NCBI GenBank assembly: GCA_964019425.1
Contig: OZ025787.1
Coordinates: 434,001-498,000 of the forward strand
Direction of reading: 5' to 3'
Source: Flectonema sp. DT1601
Taxonomy: Eukaryota
Length of the DNA stretch: 64,000 nucleotides
The notes under the pieces are model-generated. The model was not told the origin of the DNA. It was given only the letters and a program-made list of their open reading frames with translations, and ran no database searches. Positions 10,840-21,747 of this stretch are shown here, one piece after another. A program made the translations under genes and the position numbers. Within the stretch, counting starts at the first letter, position 1. Every line of letters begins with the position of its first letter.

Positions 10840-11790
10840 ATGCCATTCGTCAAGGTTCAGAAGAACAACGCGTACTTTAAGAGGTACCAGGTCAAGTATC
10901 GTCGTAGACGTGAGGGAAAGACTGACTACCTTCAGCGCCGTTTGTTGGTCACCCAAGCCAAGAACAAGTACCAGGCCGCCAAGTACCGTTTGGTTGCCCG
11001 TATCAGTAACAGACACGCCACTTGTCAGATTGTCTCTGCTGAGTTGAAGGGAGACCGTACCCACGCGTCTGCCTACTCATGGGAACTTAAGGACTACGGT
11101 GTGAAGATTGGATACGCCAACTACGCCGCTTGCTACGCAACTGGTCTCCTTCTTGCCCGTCGTATCCTCACCCTCAAGGGATTGGAGAAGAAGTACGAAG
11201 GTGTCAAGGAATGTGATGGCGAACACTTCCAGTTCGATGAGAAGAAGTACAAGAGAGAGAAGGATGGAAGCCGTCCATTCAAGGCCTTCCTTGACATTGG
11301 TCTTGCCCGCCCAACCATCGGAAACAGAGTTTTCGCATGTTTGAAGGGAGCTGTTGACGGTGGACTCAACGTTCCTCACAGTGACAAGAGGTTCCCTGGA
11401 TACAACCCATCGAACGGATCCCTTGATGCTGAGACTCATCGCAGTCGTATCATGGGAGCTCACGTTGGTGAGTGGATGGAGGAGATGAAGGAAGAGGACC
11501 CTGACAAGTACAAGTGCCACTTCTCCAGATACATCGCTGTCGGTATTGAAGACGTTGACGACTTGGAAGAGATGTACGTTAAGGTTCACGAGGAGATCAG
11601 AAAGAACCCTAAGGCCAGAAACCCAACTCAGGTCACCGCCGCCAGAAAGCAGAAGGCGTCCGAGAAGAAGCCACGTAGCTACAAACTCAAGGCCAACAGA
11701 CCATACAACTTGGCCCAGAGAAAGTACCGTGCCAACCAAAAGGTTGATGCCGTCAGAAGAAGACTCGGAATGGAGAACCGTAAACCGTAG
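10840..11790 (+). CDS. RPL5: 60S ribosomal protein L5 (uL18), copy 2
   Basis: Protein identical to copy 1; tandem offset 1219 bp. Confidence 0.98.
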   Translation: MPFVKVQKNNAYFKRYQVKYRRRREGKTDYLQRRLLVTQAKNKYQAAKYRLVARISNRHATCQIVSAELKGDRTHASAYSWELKDYGVKIGYANYAACYATGLLLARRILTLKGLEKKYEGVKECDGEHFQFDEKKYKREKDGSRPFKAFLDIGLARPTIGNRVFACLKGAVDGGLNVPHSDKRFPGYNPSNGSLDAETHRSRIMGAHVGEWMEEMKEEDPDKYKCHFSRYIAVGIEDVDDLEEMYVKVHEEIRKNPKARNPTQVTAARKQKASEKKPRSYKLKANRPYNLAQRKYRANQKVDAVRRRLGMENRKP

Positions 11791-12080
11791 GCTGTTCGAA
11801 CCCGTATTTGATTATTATCGCTATTCTCTCTCATCAATAAGGTGAACAAAAAAAGGAAAACTAAGAAATAAAAGAATGCTAAAAAAAGTAAGAACAACAT
11901 GAAGCTAAATCTTATTCTCCTAACGTGTTCACCAAAAGTAACAACAGCTGTAAGAGCAGAGACTTTAATTTTTCTTTTTTAATAATCAGTTTAAATCCAT
12001 AATGAGTCGATTACGGTTAGTTACTGAGTACCTGCTTCAGCTGTTTCATTAAATCATTTTTTAATAAAATTAGCTTCACA

Positions 12081-12873
12081 ATGATTGCGGAGTGTCCAAC
12101 TGACATAATAATTGGTAAAAAGCGTCCTGATGACAATCCATTAATTGTAAGATACGAGGTAGGTAAGTCAAGAATGGCTGGTGTTACCCAGCACGGTTTA
12201 GACGCTGACTTCACTTATGGAATGCCATCAAAGAGAGACCCCGAAACAGCTGGTGAGGTTGTCCTTACTTGGGCTGAACATTCTGGATCTAAGGGAAGAA
12301 ATGGTATGTTATTGATATAAAAATAACCTGAGAAAACACTTCTGCAAACAACATCAAAAAACAGATACCGGTGAGAAAGACTTCGTCAGAATGAATAAAA
12401 AAGCAATTGAAAAACAATGTGTAACCAGCAAGTCTCTTAGACAATATCGTAAAGAGAACAGCTTAAGAGTAACAAAGCAATGTATAAAGATGAGAGCAAG
12501 AGCAGATGAGCCTTCAAAGCCTATGAAGGTATTCGGATCAAAGTCAAAAGCTGAGGAAAGTGTGAAGGATTTAATGACAAACAGGTTCGCTCTTGAGTGG
12601 GTTAAAGAACAACAGCGTTTGGCAACTGCGAGAATAGCAGCTGAGAAAAAATCGACTGGAAAAGAGAATAAAAAACGGCAATTTATTCACCAGCCTGTAT
12701 CGCTGATTGAAGAAGCTCCCAAAGATCCGAAAGAGACTTTCACACTTCGTAAATTCTTAAAAATACCGGCAAAGATATGCACCCGCACCCCAAGTCCTAC
12801 ACGACCTCCACAGGGAGGAATACTTCCACCACTTGTTAGTAGAACTCCTGAACCTATTGCTACCCTAATGTAG
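12081..12873 (+). CDS. CFAP77: CFAP77-family (DUF4483) ciliary microtubule inner protein, two exons
   Basis: Exons 12081-12303 and 12365-12873 join in frame across a GTATGT...AACAG intron (12304-12364). Motifs NPLIVRYEVGK, FTYG, AGEVVLTW, KDFVRMNKKAI. Confidence 0.8.
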
Positions 12874-13524
12874 TGTTCTGCTGTTGATTCTTTTTTCCAT
12901 CTCGAGGACATGTTATACGAGCGGAAGAGAATTGTGGCAGCAAAACGTTAACACATGTACTTTATAGTTTTCGGTTGCACACAAACAACAGGGCACGAGT
13001 ATTATTAATAAAGTGCCTATTACTCGGATTCACAATTTATTCATTGTGAACCACTTTAGTAAAATTCGTAAATGTCGTCCTTTACCTTTTCAGGGGGACT
13101 GTTGGCGTGTTGTAAGTGAAGGGAATTACTTTTTAACTTCCCAGCTGTGTGAATCTAGTTGACAATTTCTATTGTCTTTTCGCCTATCATGAAGCACTCT
13201 CTTTCTTATTTACACTTGAGGGTGAAGTGACACACCCGAAGAGGAATTTGAGTCATTTTTCATTCTATTTTTCCCAACGTATGTTCTCTGTAAATGAGTG
13301 TGAGATACGTCTTGAGAAAGAAAAGAAAAAAGAATAAAAATAAAGAAAAGTTCCCTGTTCATGTCGGTTCTCTGACGTCGTATTGGGTTCTCTATTTGTA
13401 GTGGAGAGATTTTTTTTTTTTTTTTGTTATTGTTGTGATTTTAAAAAATATTTTCACGAATAGGCGTACAATAATCTTGATACGAGGTTTGTGAGTTCCT
13501 CCAAGTCGTCTGTTAGCTGTCGAG

Positions 13525-16293
13525 ATGTTTATTCAGATCTTTTTTCTAACTACGCTCTCCCACTATTCTGACGTTGGTAACATTTTTGTTGGTCGAATTG
13601 GAAAGCCACTGAAGGTCATTTCATCAAATTCACACTACACATGCCACTCACATTGCTCAAAAGATCAACGATGCACTGCCTGGTCGTGGCACAAGTGTGA
13701 AGAAAGTTGTCATCTTTTTGATAAAGATGAAAAGACCCTATTTGAGAACATCGCAGGAGCAACTTGTGGAGGAGTCAGTGGAAGTCTTTCATCTATGAAT
13801 ACTATCCCTGGAAGTTACACATCTCTAAAGTTAGGAGACATTACACCAACTGGATGGTTACTTAGACAGCTAAAGTTGCAGGCTACTGGACAAGCTGGTC
13901 ACTTAACTGAGTTTTGGGATGACGTTGAACATTCTATTTGGATTGGTGGTACTTATGATCACATGGGAGCAGGTCATGAGAGAGGTCCATACTGGTTAAA
14001 CGGACAAGTTCCTTTGGCAGCTTTACTCAATGCTTCGATACCGAATGATGAAGATACGACATCTGTTGTTAATCAAACAGAGTATTGGATTCACTACGTA
14101 CTTCAGAATTGGGTAAATAATGCAACAGGTTGGCTTGGTCCTGATGATGGCTTTGGGGATCCATACTGGAGTGGATGGAACATGGCTGTTTCCTTGCTTC
14201 AATACTCAACAGCTCACGAAGATACAGATATTGCTACTTTATGTAATACAGTAGTTCTTAATTATCTCACTACTACGTATACTAGAATGACTAAATCAGC
14301 TCTTGGTGGATGGAGTCAAACTCGTTATCAAGATTTGGCATACATCGCACAGTTGTTGTCTGAAATAGCACCTGGCCTGAATCACAAGCAAGTTCTTTAT
14401 GACCTCGCAGTCTTAGCAACTTATCAGGGGATTAACTGGGTGCATTACTACAATAGAATTGGTCCTACTAAGGTACCGGAAATGAATGTTCCAAAATGGA
14501 ATATGCAAAGTCACGGTGTCAACAACGCGATGGGAACTAAAGCTGCTTCAGTAGGAGGATGGATTGGATCTGAAGGAAAGATAACTAAATCTGATTTAGA
14601 TCATCAATTAGCCACGCAGGATAAATGGCATGGACAACCTCACGGAATGTTCTCAGCAGATGAATGCTTTGGTGGTAAAGGATTATCACGTGGAATAGAA
14701 TTGTGTGCTGTAGTTGAACAAATGTACTCCCTACAAGCATCATTCAGACAGTTTGGTGATGTCTCATACATCGACAGAGCAGAAAGGATAGCACTGAATG
14801 CACTCCCAGGAACTATTTCATCTGACATGTGGCAACATCAATATTTACAACAAGTTAACAGTATCAGCGCTTCATACAATCAAACAAATCATGTTTGGCA
14901 AACTGATGGTTTGAATTCAACCGGATTCGGAGTTGCTCCAAACTTTGGATGCTGTACAGCTAATCATCCTCAAGGATGGCCAAAGCTGACACAAAGTTCG
15001 TTTTCGTTGTATCAGTCTGGCAACACGACTGGTGTCGCAGTCGTGTTCTTCGCTCCGGCAAAATTAAATATTTCAACTGGAGCAATAAAAGGAGTTGAAG
15101 TAGAAATGATTACAGAATATCCTTTTGATGATTTAATTACTTTGAGAACTACTCTTCCTAATAACATTCCTTCCATACCTTTGAGAGTAAGAATTCCATT
15201 GTGGGCTTCAAAATCAACAATCCATTTAAATGGTAAAGTAGTAACATCAACACCTGGAGTAATGAATGAATTTATTATATCACAGCTATCAACGACGATA
15301 GTAATAAACTTATCGTTTGAAGTTAGAGTTGAGGCTGGATGGGGTGAAGGAAACACAAACGCGATGGCTGTTTATGTTGGACCGATTCTCTATGGACTTC
15401 CGCTGCAGGAAATCACACGAGTTGTGAATGTGTGGAAACCTTTTAATAATACGGACATAAACATAACTACAACTGATAAGTGGAATTTTGTTTTGGTTGT
15501 GAATCCTTCGGATTTGACAAAAACACTAAAATTTAATAAAAAACATCTTTCGAATAAAGAACCCTTTGAAACTGGGAATTACACATCGACCGTAACAGCA
15601 ACAGCTCGCTCTATAAATACCTGGACAGAGAACACTACTACTGCTTCTATTGGAATACCTCCGGCATCACCCTATAATTGTTCTACTTTTCCTGGGACTT
15701 GTTCTGATGATGTTCAGATTAATTTAGTACCGTATGGAGCAACAAATATCAGACTGAGTGCCATGCCATGGATCTGTATCAATACTAATTATGATTTATG
15801 TTATCAAGGAATTAATCGTATCAACAGTCAGACATCATCACAAACTCTCTCATACGGAGAAGTTGAGTTTGATGGATCCGCCACGTGGGTTGACGATGTT
15901 GGGAATGATGTTGCTTATTGGATTGGTGGAATCAAAAATAATCCTGCTTCTATAACTTTCTTATCAATTATACTTGAACCTACCGCTGTGTTGACTGAAA
16001 TAAAATTTCAATTTCAATACACAACTCAAAAGTATGCTGAAGGTTTTAACAAGTTTACTAATTTCACTGTTGAATTAATTGACTTAAATACGAACACCGT
16101 TACGAACATCGGTGAGTCATCTTCTTATAGTTTATATCCTTTTTGGGAAAGAGTTTGGTCGCCTCTTGAAACAGTTACTTTTAAAGTAAATAAAACGATA
16201 ACAACTCCTCATAGAGTAGTCACCACCTTTCATAATTCTGGAAAGGAATTGTACCTAAAAACACCTTTCGTGCTGTCTTACAACTGGCAATAG
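13525..16293 (+). CDS. Secreted GH127/GH146-like beta-L-arabinofuranosidase with N-terminal PAN/apple domain
   Basis: Hydrophobic N-terminus; CHSHCSKDQRCTAWSW...C (PAN); ITPTGWLLRQL, HGVN, ELCAVVE, ERIALNALPG, NFGCCTAN, TEYPF, LRVRIPLWA, GPILYGL. Confidence 0.85.
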   Translation: MFIQIFFLTTLSHYSDVGNIFVGRIGKPLKVISSNSHYTCHSHCSKDQRCTAWSWHKCEESCHLFDKDEKTLFENIAGATCGGVSGSLSSMNTIPGSYTSLKLGDITPTGWLLRQLKLQATGQAGHLTEFWDDVEHSIWIGGTYDHMGAGHERGPYWLNGQVPLAALLNASIPNDEDTTSVVNQTEYWIHYVLQNWVNNATGWLGPDDGFGDPYWSGWNMAVSLLQYSTAHEDTDIATLCNTVVLNYLTTTYTRMTKSALGGWSQTRYQDLAYIAQLLSEIAPGLNHKQVLYDLAVLATYQGINWVHYYNRIGPTKVPEMNVPKWNMQSHGVNNAMGTKAASVGGWIGSEGKITKSDLDHQLATQDKWHGQPHGMFSADECFGGKGLSRGIELCAVVEQMYSLQASFRQFGDVSYIDRAERIALNALPGTISSDMWQHQYLQQVNSISASYNQTNHVWQTDGLNSTGFGVAPNFGCCTANHPQGWPKLTQSSFSLYQSGNTTGVAVVFFAPAKLNISTGAIKGVEVEMITEYPFDDLITLRTTLPNNIPSIPLRVRIPLWASKSTIHLNGKVVTSTPGVMNEFIISQLSTTIVINLSFEVRVEAGWGEGNTNAMAVYVGPILYGLPLQEITRVVNVWKPFNNTDINITTTDKWNFVLVVNPSDLTKTLKFNKKHLSNKEPFETGNYTSTVTATARSINTWTENTTTASIGIPPASPYNCSTFPGTCSDDVQINLVPYGATNIRLSAMPWICINTNYDLCYQGINRINSQTSSQTLSYGEVEFDGSATWVDDVGNDVAYWIGGIKNNPASITFLSIILEPTAVLTEIKFQFQYTTQKYAEGFNKFTNFTVELIDLNTNTVTNIGESSSYSLYPFWERVWSPLETVTFKVNKTITTPHRVVTTFHNSGKELYLKTPFVLSYNWQ

Positions 16294-16434
16294 CACGTAC
16301 GAGAACAGTCTGCATGTTTTGTACACTTCCGAGTGATTTTTTATATGTACGTTGATGTTTAAAAGTTATGTGAGTTTTCTTTTTTTTTTTTACATAATTA
16401 ATTACGTTTATATTCCTCTTCTCCCTTCAGGTTT

Positions 16435-19065
16435 ATGACATGCGACCTCTTTGGAATGCATCACCGAAGTGTTACTTTTCACATCGAGTGTACATGGAAG
16501 AAGGTGTACTTGAGAATACGAGAGAGTGAAGATGGATGGCCAAGCATGCCAGGCAGCAGGGTATTTGATAATTTGATAACTGTGTCTGTGCGCTCACCGT
16601 TGTTAGGGGAGAGTGAACAAGGATTTAATTGTCGAAAAGAGATGGAGGTAGAGATTAATGATGGTGAACTGCGAAGTAGCAGCAAATTAACAATCCTTTC
16701 AGTAAGCTCCGTATGGCTTTTATTAAACAGCGAAACTAATACTTTAACAGCAGCCTACAACAATCATAACAGATGGGAGCCTGCTCAATCATCGAATGGA
16801 GTTTTTTTATTTGATTTTCGTTACATATCAACTTCAAGCATTCCCCACTTAGCAGAAGTCTTGTCAACTGAAAAATTTCAATCCATGTCAGTAAAGACTT
16901 CAATAATTCCGTTAAATGCTGTTACGAATTCATTAGTGAAAACACTTCATGGGAAAGGAAGTGAGGTAGCTGTTTATATTAACACGTCGTCGAGAAGTAG
17001 ATCGTTTATTGAAATTATCAAATTACTGTCGCTCAGTCCTGTTGATTATGTTATTCCCCTTCCTGGACTATTTAGCAAAAGTGATCTCGTTTTTATAGAA
17101 AAGATAGTTTTGGAAATTTCTAACAAAAGATCACATCTCATGGAAGAGCTATCCACATGTAATCAATTATATGAAACCGATCAATTACAGCAGGTGTTGA
17201 AAAGCTGCAATCAAGTTGAATCATACAAAGAGTCAAATGAAGACATCGACTCATCTGAAAGAGGAGATGCATCATTGCCTTCCGAAACGTTGATTTCAGA
17301 TCCTCAAAACAACGCATTAAAGAAACTCTCATCACGTCTTTCAGCTACAAATTATATTTTGTCTTCGGCAGTTGGGAGTCGTTTTGATGGAAAAAACCTG
17401 ATACGTGGATACAAATCACCTTCAGACTTTATTTTATTGCTTGCAACATGGATATCAACGAACGTGTACGCGGTACCGATACCCGTTGTACTTGTTACTG
17501 AGTGTCTGTTTGCATCAGTGATAGAAAACTTTATATCAATTGTGCAGACCACATCCTCAGACAGATATAATAAATTGATAAGCGTAGATAACAATCTTCA
17601 TGTTTATAAAAAGGTTGATGGAATCTTATTATTAAACACTTCAACAGAAACAAAAACTTTTTCTGTTTCCACAGACAGCCGTCCCAGACGAATACTAACG
17701 TCAACAATACAGCAACAAAGTTGTTTAGTAAAGTTGTGGACGACTGATGAAGTTTTTCCATCGGCTTCTGAAATGGTATTTCTAAATCAGCGACGTGTAG
17801 ACGATACTCTTATTAAAGGATTTAATTTCCAGAGTGTGGAATATTATAAAAATGACTTAGAACTCATGTCACCCGTTCCTTATAAAAATGATACTTGGAG
17901 TGACGAAGAAACAGACAGTGAAAGTACCGAATCTGAAAAAGTAGTTGTGGAACAGAACTCATCTTTTCAAGACCTTTCTATACAAAAAGAGTCTCACAGT
18001 GGTATTGATGACGATCAAGGAGAGTTATCAGACAGAAATCAGAAAAATATTTCAACAAGTCGAGCAAGTCAAGAAACTTATTTATCAGACTGTTCTTCAA
18101 GTTGTGTTGAAAACAGTTCAACTGAATCAGATGAGGGAGAGTCCTTATCAAATATTAAAGACTCTGGATGGATGAACGCCAGTGGTAGTATGGCTTCAAT
18201 AGAATTATATATTCAAACAGTCGTATCAAAAGTTGGAGTTCGAGAGAAACGACGTCTTCACGAAGTCAGAAGGAGAAAACTAGAAGAACAACAAACCCAC
18301 AGAGAAGATCGAAGTTCAGAAGCTCTGTCACGAAATGCGCTGTTGAAATCTCTCGCGATTATAACACGTCTTCGAAACAAACCAAATCTAATTCAAAGAA
18401 GTTCAATTGATTGGAATAATCTAACTAATCAGATTAGAAGAGGTGGACGGTCGAGTAAGTTTGGACAACTTCGAAAACGAAGTTCCAATTTCCAATACGC
18501 TGATGGAACAGAAATGACGTTAGAAGATCAACTGGTGGCAGAGTTTGCTTCTGGAGTCGTCTACACAAAAAGTTTACAACAACTGCAATTAGAATTTGAT
18601 AAACTAAGAAATCAAGTCGAAGGTTCTGACGTAGTTCTCAACTCTGCGTTAGCTGACGAAGAGGAAACACTTCAAATGCCAGAAGAACGTCTCAACGTAC
18701 TTCGAGATACACTTTCTACTGCAATGAAAGATAAGATATCAGTCATTAAAATGAAAAGAAGACTACTCGACAAGGCTGAACTGATTAAGACTATTCACTC
18801 GAAGACTCTTCTCACTATAAAGGAATCTCAGTCAGGTATTCCTGACGCTGATATCGAATCTCTGATTGCTGATGCCATCAACATAACGAAAAAGAAGACC
18901 AAAAGAGGAAGGAAACCTGTCGTTGACATTAAACGAGTCGAAGCAAAACGAAAAGCTCAAAAACTACTACAACAAGAACGAGAAAGGCATGCCATCATGT
19001 TGAGAATGAAAAGAACATCACAAGCAAAACAACTACAGGCTATTGCTGGAGGCGCTGCTAGATAG
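16435..19065 (+). CDS. Hypothetical 876-aa protein with acidic/Ser-rich middle and basic coiled-coil C-terminus
   Basis: Long uninterrupted ORF with ATG just after a pyrimidine tract and CAG; no recognisable family motif. Confidence 0.75.
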   Translation: MTCDLFGMHHRSVTFHIECTWKKVYLRIRESEDGWPSMPGSRVFDNLITVSVRSPLLGESEQGFNCRKEMEVEINDGELRSSSKLTILSVSSVWLLLNSETNTLTAAYNNHNRWEPAQSSNGVFLFDFRYISTSSIPHLAEVLSTEKFQSMSVKTSIIPLNAVTNSLVKTLHGKGSEVAVYINTSSRSRSFIEIIKLLSLSPVDYVIPLPGLFSKSDLVFIEKIVLEISNKRSHLMEELSTCNQLYETDQLQQVLKSCNQVESYKESNEDIDSSERGDASLPSETLISDPQNNALKKLSSRLSATNYILSSAVGSRFDGKNLIRGYKSPSDFILLLATWISTNVYAVPIPVVLVTECLFASVIENFISIVQTTSSDRYNKLISVDNNLHVYKKVDGILLLNTSTETKTFSVSTDSRPRRILTSTIQQQSCLVKLWTTDEVFPSASEMVFLNQRRVDDTLIKGFNFQSVEYYKNDLELMSPVPYKNDTWSDEETDSESTESEKVVVEQNSSFQDLSIQKESHSGIDDDQGELSDRNQKNISTSRASQETYLSDCSSSCVENSSTESDEGESLSNIKDSGWMNASGSMASIELYIQTVVSKVGVREKRRLHEVRRRKLEEQQTHREDRSSEALSRNALLKSLAIITRLRNKPNLIQRSSIDWNNLTNQIRRGGRSSKFGQLRKRSSNFQYADGTEMTLEDQLVAEFASGVVYTKSLQQLQLEFDKLRNQVEGSDVVLNSALADEEETLQMPEERLNVLRDTLSTAMKDKISVIKMKRRLLDKAELIKTIHSKTLLTIKESQSGIPDADIESLIADAINITKKKTKRGRKPVVDIKRVEAKRKAQKLLQQERERHAIMLRMKRTSQAKQLQAIAGGAAR

Positions 19066-19328
19066 GACGACAGTCTTGACTGGTACCCCATCTTACCCAT
19101 TTACACCAATTCTTTTTAAAAATAAAAGTTAAGCTTAAAATTCTATTTATATAAACCTGCACATCAATTGATTAGTTTCAACACCCACTTCCCTTTTAAT
19201 CAGGTGAGACTTCAGAAAATACTGAGAGTGAAGACGGAGGTTGTTAATTTCTGTTTTATTATTTTTAATGTTTTTATTTCCTCTCAGAAGTTGTAGATGA
19301 CCATAAACTAGTCAATATAGATCCTAAT

Positions 19329-21184
19329 ATGCCAGCGAGTTCTGTGGGGGGGTCCTCATTTTTGAGTGGTCCACCAAAAGAGAAGAAGGTGACGACAACT
19401 GGGGGAACTAAAGTAACAACAATTAGCGACACGTCCAGAAGTGGCCTGAGGAAGGTTTCTGATTCCCCGAAGTCAGTTGGAAGTACGACGACGACGACTA
19501 CTACTACTCGTGTTTTTAGTGAACCACCAAAACCTACAATCGATCGCAGTCAATCTGTTTCTGTATCTGGTTCTGTATCTGGTTCTGTTCAAAGGAAAAA
19601 GAAAGACGGTGATGCTCCTACCATTCCTGGACAACGACGCTCCGTCAACAGTAAAGGTGTTTATATCGAAGGAGATGAAGTAGCAGTTGGATCTGAGTAT
19701 GCTGCTATTCATAGACAGATATTCGCTGTTCAAAGTATGTTAAAAACACGTGAAGACATGTTAGACATTCAAGAGTGTAGAATTAGAAATGATGAACCAG
19801 ATGTTATGTTATCACGCGACACAGAAGCATGGGTTAACAGACCGTCACTAAGTCCTACTCGTATTAGAGAGGGATGTGATTTTGCGTCTTCAGAGAAGAA
19901 TAGTTTTCGCTCAACATCAACTATGGAAGATATTGAACTTTCACCTCGAAGGACTACATCAGTGAGACATATTCGGGAACCAATTGTTCACACGAAAGAT
20001 GTTTCGAATTTAAATTCACTGCCGAGTGTCATCCCTGCTGAACGTGAAATAAGACCAGGTCCTCATCCATGTCTTCCAGATGGTCCAACTCGTCATGACT
20101 TACGAGATGTTTCTCACCCTCATCTTCAGGCTCGCGTTGAAAGTCTTGAGAATGAAGTTGCTCGTCTTCGTGATGAGAACACTCGACTTCTGAATGCTTC
20201 TCTACTTCCTGCTTCTGATAATCAGCACTCGGAAGTTCAAAATGCATCATTTTCTGTTCCATTTCATCGTCTTGTTGACAGAGCTGTGAGTGCTTCAGAA
20301 GCTATCTCACATCTGAGTGCGAGAAGATCAGAATTACAAGGAGTAAGTCCGGCACACTCAAACAGACGAACAGAGAGTTTTGCCCCACCAGTAAACGCTC
20401 CTAACTACGATTTGGGTAGAAATATGCACCACTCAATGACATTATATTCTCAGGAAACAATGTCGTTGGGAAGAGAGTTTCCAACTCCAGATCATGTGAC
20501 TGCGATGGTACCAGCTCCGTATCATCAGGCTCCTTCACTTCCAGCTCCACTTTGTTCTAATGACACAGTTGGAACCTTTCGACCATTTACTAGACCTCCT
20601 GGTGATCCAGGTAGGAGAAGTCCTCCACCACCATCAACTGCTCAGCCTCCATCAATGAGTTATGTTGAGGATGTTATAGCAAAGCATGATGCTACTCGTA
20701 CTGGTAGAGTCTCTCCACTTCCATTTACAAGTGGTACTGTCCCCCCACCACTACCTTCTAATGGACAATATAAAATTCCTTCTGCTACATTAAATAACTT
20801 TCCTCCACCAGTTAGGAATAGCCCAATCCCGAGATCAGAATCATTTCAAAGTCACGCAACTCAAATACCTGAGAGTAGGGGTCCTATTATTTCCCCACCG
20901 CGCAATAGAAGTTTCACACCTCCTACTGCAAGAGGTTCTGGTTCTCAAGGATATAGAAGGTTGTCAATGAATCAGCTGCCGGCAGGAAGTGTCAGTCGGA
21001 GTTCTGTTCGCAGCGCATCATCGAGAGCAGCCTCGAGATCGATTGATGATTTCAGATCAGAGTTTACCAGAATTACAGGAAAAATGGTTTGTCTTATTTA
21101 AGTACTTTTATAAATTGATGTACTTCTTACAAAACAACACAAACAATACAAACAAAACAGAGTTGTGCATCCTCTGTTGGGTAG
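19329..21184 (+). CDS. Hypothetical Ser/Pro-rich disordered protein with a short coiled coil; small terminal exon
   Basis: ORF from 19329; predicted intron 21087-21160 (GTTTGT...AAAACAG); last exon SCASSVG* ends at 21184. Confidence 0.75.
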
Positions 21185-21747
21185 TCGAATCTGACATCTT
21201 CCCATCATTTTGTGAAATGCCATAAAAGGTAGTCGAACTCATACCAGTCATTTGTTAAGAATGAAGCCTCAGTAGTAGTAGCACTAACTTTTGGTTAAGT
21301 TAGTACGGGGTTATATATCTCTTTGTTCATTTTGTGTTTTATTTTTTTGTGCGTTTGCGGCTTTCCATCAGTGAATGTAATTGACATCAAGCTTGCGAGA
21401 GAGTGGAGTCAATCACTTATAACAACTGACAAGGTACTGGCTTCTAATTTTTTTTTTTTTTTTTGATACTTATTTCTGTGTTGTATTTTTATACGTAATG
21501 TCGTGAGAAGGATCAACCTATCATCCACGACTGTTTTTTTCTCTTTTTTTTTTTCTTTATAAGAGAAGTAGAAAAAAAATCTATTTTAATTGTTAAAAAA
21601 ATGAAGTTGGTAAAAAGTACCAACACACACTGTCCTGTTTAGATAATATTGTTAGAAATACTTGTTACTTACTTATTGTTAGAATTGTTTTTTATCATTG
21701 TTTCGTTAGTTATTTGAATCACTTTGTCAACAGTAACAATTATACCT

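Noticed and set aside
9858..11739. Long antisense ORFs over RPL5 (and similar shadows over other genes)
   Set aside because: Artefacts of strong codon bias on the sense strand.
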